Positions 8,769 to 16,769 of a DNA stretch of 64,000 nucleotides are shown piece by piece. The notes under the pieces are model-generated. The model was not told the origin of the DNA. It did no database searches and saw only the letters and a program-made list of their open reading frames with translations. How positions within the stretch are numbered: position 1 is the first letter of the stretch; each line of letters starts with the position of its first letter. The stretch is taken from assembly GCA_002897855.1 (NCBI GenBank), contig BDTO01000053.1, forward strand, positions 45,205 through 109,204, read 5' to 3'. Source of the DNA: a bacterium BMS3Bbin05 (lineage in GTDB: Bacteria; Nitrospirota; Thermodesulfovibrionia; Thermodesulfovibrionales; BMS3Bbin05). The translations under genes and the position numbers were made by a program.

Positions 8769-11119
8769 GGAGTAATGTTTTGAAATCCCTTGTTATCGTA
8801 GAATCCCCCGCAAAAGCAAAGACGATAAATAAAATACTCGGAAAGGATTTTTCCGTCAAGGCATCCGTAGGCCATATAAGAGACCTGCCCAGTAAGGAGT
8901 TCGCCGTTGATGTCGAAAACGATTTTACTCCAAAGTACGTGGTTATCCCGGGAAAGGAAAAAGTTATCCGGGAACTGAGAAAGGCTGCAAAAAATGCCGA
9001 CAATATCTTTCTTGCACCTGACCCGGACAGGGAGGGAGAAGCCATTGCATGGCACATCGCCTCAGAGATACGGAAGGGCGCCAAAGGGGACAAGGAAGGC
9101 GTAAGACTCTTCAGGGTCACCTTTAATGAGATCACAGCACGCGCAGTCAGAGAAGCCATAAAAAACCCTAAGCAGATCGATGGCAACAAGGTCGATGCTC
9201 AACAGGCAAGAAGGATACTCGACAGGATAGTCGGATACAAATTAAGTCCTCTGCTCTGGAAAAAAGTAAGAAGGGGCCTGAGCGCCGGCAGGGTCCAGTC
9301 GGTGGCCGTCAAACTCATTGTTGACAGGGAGCGGGCAATAAGGGCATTTAAAAGCGAGGAATACTGGAGCATAGAGATGCTCCTTGAAGGAAGTGTGCCC
9401 CCCCGATTTACGGCAAGACTAATGAGATATGAAAATGAAACCGTTATAAACAGGGATGCTTCAAAGACTAAAGACGGCGCAGGCGGCAGAAAATTTCTAA
9501 TAACATCGGAGAAACATGCAAAAGCGGTTGTCAAAAAGCTCAAGGGCCTGAAATATTCATTGGTGAAGATTGAAAGGAAAAAGAAACGACGCTCACCGGC
9601 TCCGCCGTTTATCACGAGTACACTTCAGCAGGAGGCTTCAGGGAAACTGAGATTCACTGCCAGAAAGACCATGATGGTCGCCCAGAAACTCTATGAAGGT
9701 ATAGAAATCGGGGCTGAAGGTTCTGTCGGTCTGATTACTTATATGCGAACCGACTCTACAAGGACTGCTCCTGAGGCGGTCAAATGGGCAAGGGATTACA
9801 TCACAGACAGGTTCGGCAGGGATTATGTCCCCAAGACCCCTCCGCGTTACAAATCAAAGTCCACGGCACAGGATGCCCACGAGGCTATCAGGCCGACGTA
9901 TCCCGATAAAAGCCCTGAAAATATAAGCAAGTATCTGACCAAAGAACAGCTTGCACTGTATTCTCTTATCTGGAAACGCTTTATTGCAAGCCAGACGGCG
10001 CCTGCCCAGATAGAACAGACCACATTCATAGTACAACCCGAAAGACATCCCGATATAGAACTCAGGGCAACAGGTTCCATAATAAAATTTAAGGGCTTTC
10101 TCATCATTTATCCGGAGCCGGCAGATACCGGACGCAGTACAGGAGATGTATCAGGAAATGCCTGCACTGCGCCCGGGGAAGAAGCAATACTGCCTGATCT
10201 TAAGGAAGGGGAGCCGCTGAATCCGGGGGACATCACTCCGCAGCAGCACTTTACCCAGCCTCCGCCGAGATACAGCGAGGCCACTCTGGTAAAGACACTC
10301 GAAGAAAAGGGCATAGGAAGACCCAGTACCTATGCAGCCATTATCAGCACTGTTCAGGGCAGGAAGTATGTAGAGAAGCAGGATGGCCGCTTTGCACCAA
10401 CCGAACTCGGAGAAGTCGTAAACGACCTCCTGGTCGACAAATTCCCGGAACTCGTAAATGAAAAATTCACTGCACAGATGGAAAAGGAGCTCGACAGCAT
10501 TGAAGAGGGCAAAAAGAAGTGGATAAAGGTGGTCAGGAAATTTTACGGACCATTTAATAAAGAGCTGAATGAGGCAACAAAGACCCTGGGAAGGGTCAAG
10601 CCGGAAGATAAACCTACGGATATTGTTTGCAATGAATGCGGTATGCCGATGGTAATCAGGTGGGGAAGACATGGCCGTTTCCTTGCATGTACAGGATATC
10701 CCAAATGCAAAAATACCAGGCCCATGGAGGGAGAAGAAAAAAGGGAGATTCCTGTAATACAGTCTGATGAGAAGTGTGATAAATGCGGTTCCCCCATGGT
10801 AATAAAGACAAGCCGGTTCGGAAGGTTTCTCGCCTGTTCCGGATATCCTGAATGCAAAGGTACCAGACCCATATCCACTGGGATCAAGTGCCCGGAGGAC
10901 GGCGGAGAGATAGTGGAGAGGTCAACCAGGCGGGGGAAGATTTTTTTCAGCTGCAGCAATTATCCAAAATGCAAATTCGCAACATGGTACAGGCCTGTTG
11001 CAAAGCAATGCCCGCAGTGCGATGGGAAATTTTTAGTAGACAAAAAGACCAAAGCCGGCCACTTTTTTATGTGTCTGAATAAGGACTGCGGTTATAAAGA
11101 AGAAATCATGGAAGAATAA
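8759..11119 (+). CDS. topA: DNA topoisomerase I
   Basis: 786 aa with LVIVESPAKAKTI Toprim start, a topo IA core and several C-terminal C4 zinc ribbons (CNECGMPMV..CTGYPKC, CDKCGSPMV..CSGYPEC, and others). In-frame TTG 8780 with GAGGAG 7 nt upstream may be the real start. Confidence 0.95.
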   Translation: MELRSNVLKSLVIVESPAKAKTINKILGKDFSVKASVGHIRDLPSKEFAVDVENDFTPKYVVIPGKEKVIRELRKAAKNADNIFLAPDPDREGEAIAWHIASEIRKGAKGDKEGVRLFRVTFNEITARAVREAIKNPKQIDGNKVDAQQARRILDRIVGYKLSPLLWKKVRRGLSAGRVQSVAVKLIVDRERAIRAFKSEEYWSIEMLLEGSVPPRFTARLMRYENETVINRDASKTKDGAGGRKFLITSEKHAKAVVKKLKGLKYSLVKIERKKKRRSPAPPFITSTLQQEASGKLRFTARKTMMVAQKLYEGIEIGAEGSVGLITYMRTDSTRTAPEAVKWARDYITDRFGRDYVPKTPPRYKSKSTAQDAHEAIRPTYPDKSPENISKYLTKEQLALYSLIWKRFIASQTAPAQIEQTTFIVQPERHPDIELRATGSIIKFKGFLIIYPEPADTGRSTGDVSGNACTAPGEEAILPDLKEGEPLNPGDITPQQHFTQPPPRYSEATLVKTLEEKGIGRPSTYAAIISTVQGRKYVEKQDGRFAPTELGEVVNDLLVDKFPELVNEKFTAQMEKELDSIEEGKKKWIKVVRKFYGPFNKELNEATKTLGRVKPEDKPTDIVCNECGMPMVIRWGRHGRFLACTGYPKCKNTRPMEGEEKREIPVIQSDEKCDKCGSPMVIKTSRFGRFLACSGYPECKGTRPISTGIKCPEDGGEIVERSTRRGKIFFSCSNYPKCKFATWYRPVAKQCPQCDGKFLVDKKTKAGHFFMCLNKDCGYKEEIMEE

Positions 11120-11223
11120 TTCTTTATTCTCGAATTTCCCCTGCCCTGCATATATAGCTTCTTCATTTGCCGGCTCATTACAGATTTTTTCAGAACCGCC
11201 AACCTTACTTGTGCGGCAATCTC

Positions 11224-11550
11224 TCAGAGAGGAGCAGGGTTCCTTAATATACCCAGAAGGGTAGCAGAAAGCTCAAACCCCGGATATTCTTCTTCGCGCA
11301 CTGTTTTATAAAAATCACACTGTTCGCAACTTTTGAACTTCCGGGCAAAAGTTCCCTGTACTATCCCCTCGCACATGGTCCCTGTAACCACCCAGCAGGC
11401 CCTTCCGGCATTTACACCGTCGTGCACTCCATCCAGCTTTCTTTCTATTGGTGCAGGGCAGACACCGAGGTCAATTTCATGCTCACCTCCCGGCTGCCTT
11501 CCGCACATCTTGAATTCCCAGCAATTCAGCTTTGATTGCCTCTCTTTCAT
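11224..11550 (-). CDS. small Cys-rich protein with two CW motifs (two-CW-domain-like)
   Basis: Start re-set to ATG 11550 (GAGGAGG 6 nt upstream); the track begins at GTG 11565. Sequence: MKERQSKLNCWEFKMCG...GRACWVVTGTMCEG...KSCEQCDFY, with seven Cys. Confidence 0.7.
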   Translation of the reverse strand: MKERQSKLNCWEFKMCGRQPGGEHEIDLGVCPAPIERKLDGVHDGVNAGRACWVVTGTMCEGIVQGTFARKFKSCEQCDFYKTVREEEYPGFELSATLLGILRNPAPL

Positions 11551-11679
11551 AAAGTGCCTCCTCACTTGTATTTGTGTGATACATACTACTTAATTTTATT
11601 TATTTTTTATATACGTTTAACACATTTAATGCGCTTAAATCAAGGTTCCGCACATACTTTTCTGGACATATATTTAGAC

Positions 11680-11771
11680 ATTGATCCTCCCTCTGGCTCC
11701 GCCGGCGGGAATCTAATGTAAGGAATAAATTATTACTATTATATTCGCTCACATCCGCTCCTATCCATTTA
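11680..11771. repeat. intergenic repeat family 2, copy A
   Basis: ATTGATCcTCCC..TGGCTC..GAATCTAATG..TATTATATTCGcTCACaTC..CTATCCATTTA. The same ordered blocks recur at 21222-21340. Confidence 0.6.
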
Positions 11772-11908
11772 TGATGTTTTATACTCATAAATTATAATAT
11801 AATTTCATTAATGTGTTTCGTGCAAATGATACAGTTTAGCAGGTATATCCAGCTACAGGCTATAAGGGATAATTTTGAAAAGAGAACGGTCTTCAAAGGA
11901 GAGAGCAT

Positions 11909-14900
11909 ATGCCAAAGTATACAAGATTCATCATTTTGCTTTTAATTCCCATGATTATGGCAATCACCCCGAATAAAGCCGAGGCATCGGATTTGCCCAT
12001 TTATGAACTTCATGTAAGGATTTTACCTGAAACCCACACCCTTGAAGGCAGGGCAATAATCCATCTGCCCGCCGACATCAAACCATACCTCATGACCAGC
12101 GGTCTGGAAATAAAAAAAATTACCATCAACGGCCGCATATACAGGACAGTCAAGGACTCAATAAATGAGTTGGTTGCGGGCAGGGGAGATAAGACCATAG
12201 AGATCGATTATGCAGCTGTCTTCAGTCCGGTGGAAATTCAGGAAAGCATCGAAAATACCGGCGTAATTGCAGATAACATAATCGACCGTACCAGGGTAAT
12301 GCTTCTTTCCAGCTGGTACCCGGCTATTCAAGGGACTGCCATATACAGGCTCACGGCGGAAATTCCATCTGATCTTGAGGCAATCTCTGAAGCCGATAGC
12401 TCCACTGCGAGAAGTTACGGTGGTACAAAAACAGTCAGCTTTGACTTCCCCCATCCCACATCCGGCATAACCCTCATAGCCGGAAAATATCAGGTGCATG
12501 AAGAGGTCTTCCACGGTATCTCCATAAAGACTTTTTTCTTTCCGGAAGATGATAACCTTTCATCAAATTATATTGAACACGCAAAGAAATACCTGGAGAT
12601 GTACGAGTCAATGCTCGGGAAGTACCCTTACAGGAGCTTCTCAATAGTGGAAAACAGTTTTCAGACAGGATACTCGTTTCCTGCATATACACTGCTCGGC
12701 TCGCGTGTAATAAGACTTCCCTTCATAGTCGAAACATCCCTTGGACATGAGATTCTCCACCAGTGGTTCGGAAATTATGTATATGTGGATTACAAAAAAG
12801 GGAACTGGGCCGAGGGTCTTACAACATACCTTGCGGACCAGTGGTATGAACACCTGAACGGCAGAGGGCCCGCTTACAGAAAAAAAATACTTATTGATTA
12901 CATGAATTATGTTAATCCTGAAAATGAGATCAGCCTTAAGGAATTCAACAGCCGTGAGGACTTTTCCTCAAAAACAATCGGATACGGAACGGCCGCTATG
13001 GTCTTCCATATGTTGCGAAAGAAGCTTGGCGATGAGACCTTTTTCAGTGTTCTCAGGAATTTCGTCACAACCTTCAGATACAGGAATGCATCGTGGGACG
13101 ATATCAGGGACTCGTTCATGTCATCCGGCGGGAAAGGGCTTAAACAGTTCTTCAGACAATGGGTCGACCGGAAAGGTATCCCGTCGTTCTATGTAAAAAA
13201 TGTATCCGTGGCGTTCAGGGATGGGAAATATATACTCTCATTTGATATCAGCCAGAAAGGAGATGTTTATAATATTGACGTCCCTCTGAAGGCAGATACT
13301 CCGGGCGGACATAAGGAATTTAAGGTTACCATCGACAGGAAGGAAGTTCATTTTGAAAAGGCCTTCGATGAGAGGCCGGCAAGGCTGGTATTTGATGAAA
13401 ATTATGATGTCGTGAGGACACTTGCAGAATCCGAAAAACCTCCCGTAATATCCTCCTTTACAGGTGATAAGGGAAATATTGTCATCCTCCCTGAAAAACA
13501 CCGGGAGATATACAGAGATGCAGCGGTTTTTTTTAAAAAGCAGGGGTTCACAATAAAAGGAGAAAAAGAGATTACAAACAAAGATATAAGGAACCACTCG
13601 ATTCTCATCATGTCGACCGGTAACAGGATATACAAAAGGCTGTTCGCAGGTAAACCGCTTGATGATGCCGGATTTGTTTTAAGGGTTGAGGAAAACCCCC
13701 TTAATAGCGGGAAGACCGCAGTTATAATAAACTCAAAAAATGCGGAAGAAACAAGACGTGCCTGCAGGAAGATATTCAGGTACGGGAATTATTCTCACCT
13801 CGTTTTTGAAAACGGGAAGAACATAATAAAAGAAACCGCCCGTTCCGACAACGGCATTATTGAAGACCTCGGCATTAATCCCGGGGTCGTGGAACCCAAG
13901 AACGACCTGGACATCGGGGAGCTGATACAGCAGATAAAGGACCGGCACGTCGTCTTCGTCGGGGAGATTCACAACATCTATTCCCATCACGTCATGCAGT
14001 ACGAAATAATCAGGAGACTATACAGGCTCAATGGAAAGATCGTCATAGGCATGGAGATGTTCCAGCACCCCTTTCAGAAGTATCTCGACCAGTATATCCA
14101 TGGCAAAATCGATGAAGAAACCTTTCTTAAAAAAACCCAATACTTCAAGCGGTGGAAATTCGATTATAACCTTTACAGGGACATACTTCAGTTCGCGCGG
14201 GCCAATCAAATACCCGTAATAGCCCTCAATCTGAAAAAAGAGATCATAGAAAAAGTGTCCAGAGAAGGAATAGACTCACTTTCAGATGAAGAGGATGCTG
14301 AAATACCACAGGATATGGACATGACAAACCGGAAGTACATGGAAAGCATGAAAAACGTTTATATGCGCCATTCCATGAATAAGGGAAGTTTCGAAAATTT
14401 CTATCAGTCCCAGATCCTGTGGGACGAAACAATGGCACACAACACAGCTGAGACATTAAAAAAATATCCTGACTCACAGATGGTTGTACTTGCCGGGAAC
14501 GGTCATCTCGAATTTTCATGGGGCATCCCGTCCAGGGTCAAACGTCTCTCGGGAGTCAGTATGGCGGTAATATTGAATAACGGCATGGACGACATCGAAA
14601 AGGGGCTCGCCGATTTCATACTTTTTCCTCCCCGAATCAGCATGCCGGCCAGCCCGAGACTGATGGTCTTTCTGAATAACGAAAAAGGCCATGTCAGGAT
14701 TGAAAAGGTCATGAAGGGAGGAGCGGCCGACAGGGCAGGCCTCCGGGAAGGAGATATCATTACTGCCGTGGATAATACAGGCATAAAAGACATTGCCGAC
14801 TTGAAGATCATGCTCCTCAACATGAAAAGGGGCGATACCATAAAGATAAAAATCAAAAGACCACGTTTTCTTATAGGTCCAAAAGAAATGACGGTTGAAA

Positions 14901-14911
14901 TAAATCTTTAA
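11909..14911 (+). CDS. secreted M1-family zinc metallopeptidase fused to a ChaN/Tiki-superfamily domain and a C-terminal PDZ domain
   Basis: 1000 aa with signal peptide ...ITPNKAEA. HEILHQWFGN (nt 12746-12760) plus WAEGLTTYLAD gives HExxH-x18-E. VVFVGEIHNIYSHH...GMEMF...LAGNGH is ChaN-like. GHVRIEKVMKGGAADRAGLREGDIITAVDN is PDZ. Confidence 0.85.
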   Translation: MPKYTRFIILLLIPMIMAITPNKAEASDLPIYELHVRILPETHTLEGRAIIHLPADIKPYLMTSGLEIKKITINGRIYRTVKDSINELVAGRGDKTIEIDYAAVFSPVEIQESIENTGVIADNIIDRTRVMLLSSWYPAIQGTAIYRLTAEIPSDLEAISEADSSTARSYGGTKTVSFDFPHPTSGITLIAGKYQVHEEVFHGISIKTFFFPEDDNLSSNYIEHAKKYLEMYESMLGKYPYRSFSIVENSFQTGYSFPAYTLLGSRVIRLPFIVETSLGHEILHQWFGNYVYVDYKKGNWAEGLTTYLADQWYEHLNGRGPAYRKKILIDYMNYVNPENEISLKEFNSREDFSSKTIGYGTAAMVFHMLRKKLGDETFFSVLRNFVTTFRYRNASWDDIRDSFMSSGGKGLKQFFRQWVDRKGIPSFYVKNVSVAFRDGKYILSFDISQKGDVYNIDVPLKADTPGGHKEFKVTIDRKEVHFEKAFDERPARLVFDENYDVVRTLAESEKPPVISSFTGDKGNIVILPEKHREIYRDAAVFFKKQGFTIKGEKEITNKDIRNHSILIMSTGNRIYKRLFAGKPLDDAGFVLRVEENPLNSGKTAVIINSKNAEETRRACRKIFRYGNYSHLVFENGKNIIKETARSDNGIIEDLGINPGVVEPKNDLDIGELIQQIKDRHVVFVGEIHNIYSHHVMQYEIIRRLYRLNGKIVIGMEMFQHPFQKYLDQYIHGKIDEETFLKKTQYFKRWKFDYNLYRDILQFARANQIPVIALNLKKEIIEKVSREGIDSLSDEEDAEIPQDMDMTNRKYMESMKNVYMRHSMNKGSFENFYQSQILWDETMAHNTAETLKKYPDSQMVVLAGNGHLEFSWGIPSRVKRLSGVSMAVILNNGMDDIEKGLADFILFPPRISMPASPRLMVFLNNEKGHVRIEKVMKGGAADRAGLREGDIITAVDNTGIKDIADLKIMLLNMKRGDTIKIKIKRPRFLIGPKEMTVEINL

Positions 14912-14934
14912 GCCGAATAATAGATAAACATAAA

Positions 14935-15453
14935 CTACTTCAGCCTGACCTCTGAAAGATGAAGATGGTCTGTCTCCACTTCTACGAGCGCCTCAAATAT
15001 CTGCTTTATCCTCTCGTTTCCGGATTCCGCAGCCGCTTCACTGTAAAACTTGATCGCCTTCGTTTCTCTGGCATGCGAATCTTCCAGATTCTCCCTGTTC
15101 TTTATATGACACCGCTCATTTCCTTCCGGAACTTTATCAAGCTTCAATATCTTTTTCCATATGCTCGCGTGCTCTGCTTCAACCTTGCCCAGGACATTGA
15201 ACAGTAGTTTGCCTTCGAAGTCGTCGGTCTTGCCGGCAGCACAGAAATAAAATGTAGCGTTGCTCACCTCAACCTGCAATGCATGTTCTGCATTAGCCCT
15301 GTCCTTATCATTCAGCTCTATATCAAAATATACATCAGCATCCTTTGCCTCTCTGATATACTTCCTGTGCGCCCCGCAAAAAGGGCAGTTGTCCGGCGGT
15401 GCTTCTCCTATATAGGGATCCCCGCATATTTCACATCTCCACAGTTTTACCAT
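14935..15453 (-). CDS. rubrerythrin-family protein with N-terminal rubredoxin-like domain (reverse rubrerythrin arrangement)
   Basis: Start re-set to ATG 15453 (GAGGTGG upstream). MVKLWRCEICG...CPFCG, then a ferritin-like four-helix region with ExxH pairs (VEAEH, VETDH). Confidence 0.85.
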   Translation of the reverse strand: MVKLWRCEICGDPYIGEAPPDNCPFCGAHRKYIREAKDADVYFDIELNDKDRANAEHALQVEVSNATFYFCAAGKTDDFEGKLLFNVLGKVEAEHASIWKKILKLDKVPEGNERCHIKNRENLEDSHARETKAIKFYSEAAAESGNERIKQIFEALVEVETDHLHLSEVRLK

Positions 15454-15632
15454 TTTCCACCTCATGTATATTATAAAAATACCGGCGCAAAACATCGCAT
15501 TGCCGCCACGCACTATTTATTGTAACAGACGTAAGAATGAATAATAAAGCAGGCTGACTCTGCCCGATATTTTTACAGATTATTGTATACGCAGGCAGAA
15601 TGCCTGTTGGACGGATATGATGAAAAAGCTGT

Positions 15633-15787
15633 TAATTAGAGTCCGTGTATAAAGTCAGTCTCTCTATCTGTCATTCCGGCAGTCCTTAAGCCGGAATCTA
15701 TTCTTTTCTATAAGTTCCGGATGCCCGATTACAGACTTCGGGCATGACAAAAATAAAAAACGGCAATTTATACACAGACTCTAATTA
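15633..15787 (+). mobile_element. MITE-like element copy 1 (143-bp core 15639-15781 flanked by TAATTA on both sides)
   Basis: Left terminus GAGTCCGTGTATAAA matches the reverse complement of the right terminus, GAGTCTGTGTATAAA (14/15). Internal hairpins are ATTCCGGC-n9-GCCGGAAT (15673-15697) and ATGCCCGA-n9-TCGGGCAT (15721-15745). A near-identical second copy lies at 20930-21072. Confidence 0.75.
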
Positions 15788-15816
15788 ATCCAGCAATGCA
15801 GTGTGAAGTGCAGTAC

Positions 15817-16767
15817 CTATTTCTTTGATTCAACGAGCGAATCAAACTTCTTCATGATCTTCTCTGCCTTCCATTCGGAAATCAGAAAGGGATAGTTACT
15901 TTCAGAGGAAACAGCGGGATATTTGCCGTTTTTTTCTTTAAAAATCGATATAGTATATGTCTTTGTCCCCTTGAGGGAAACTGTATATACCGGCGATGTG
16001 AAATCCTTTTTAGTCTTCCCGGCGATAAACTCGTCACAAAGAAGATTTGAAAACGTATTGATAATATCTTCGACTTCTGCGCCTTTAACATGTTGTCCCT
16101 TTGCAGTCCGCCACTGAGGCTTCGGTTTTTTTGCCTCTTGCGCCTTTTGCCCCCTGTTGACATTGACCGGAGCCGCAGCCTCCGACCTGACAATAGTCAT
16201 CTTCCTTTTACCGTCATATAGCCGGACCTCGTTTATCTGCTCCACAATCTTCATGACCAATCTGTCGCGGAGCGAGGCTACGGTTTTGTCAAAACCGGAT
16301 CTCAATTCATTGGACACAAGAAATACACGCTGGTCGTTCCCCAGTTTTATATAGGTATGCCGGCCTGATTGCGCAGGCTTGCCTATCTCTATTTTTATCA
16401 ATGAGTCATCCCCCTTGAAGGCTTCGACTTCTATCCTGTGTGCTTCATCAAGCTTATAAAGGGGATAGTTTTTTGATTCCGACACAACGGCTGTCAGTTT
16501 GAGTCCTGATATGTCCGACAGCATTTTATCCACTTTGCCTCCATCCGCCGGGACGTTGCCTGGAGAAACAATCCACCTTTTATTGTCCCTTTTCAGTCTG
16601 ATCTCAGAGCCTTTCTTTTTTATTGTCAATCTCGATATGTCGCTCTTGTCTATGTGCTTTATTTCCGGCAGATCATAATGAATCTCACCTTCCTTCCGGA
16701 CAAAAAGGTAAACCGACAGTGCCACAATGATAATTATCAGTATAATGTGTTCTTTTTTCAGTGTCAT
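15817..16767 (-). CDS. DUF4340-like membrane-anchored protein, usual partner of GldG-type ABC auxiliary proteins
   Basis: Start re-set to ATG 16767 (AGGAG 6 nt upstream, directly after the upstream gene's stop). MTLKKEHIILIIIIVALSVYLF is a TM anchor. The family call rests on operon context and overall look. Confidence 0.6.
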   Translation of the reverse strand: MTLKKEHIILIIIIVALSVYLFVRKEGEIHYDLPEIKHIDKSDISRLTIKKKGSEIRLKRDNKRWIVSPGNVPADGGKVDKMLSDISGLKLTAVVSESKNYPLYKLDEAHRIEVEAFKGDDSLIKIEIGKPAQSGRHTYIKLGNDQRVFLVSNELRSGFDKTVASLRDRLVMKIVEQINEVRLYDGKRKMTIVRSEAAAPVNVNRGQKAQEAKKPKPQWRTAKGQHVKGAEVEDIINTFSNLLCDEFIAGKTKKDFTSPVYTVSLKGTKTYTISIFKEKNGKYPAVSSESNYPFLISEWKAEKIMKKFDSLVESKK

Positions 16768-16769
16768 TG

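Noticed and set aside
8689-10959. Multiple minus-strand ORFs of 110-173 aa inside topA
   Set aside because: They are antisense to an unambiguous topoisomerase I gene and show no motifs.
11600-11788. 62-aa minus-strand ORF overlapping repeat family 2 copy A
   Set aside because: The homologous stretch in copy B (21222-21340) has no start codon, has a nearby in-frame stop and carries a 27-nt insertion. The similarity is therefore at the DNA level, not protein-coding.
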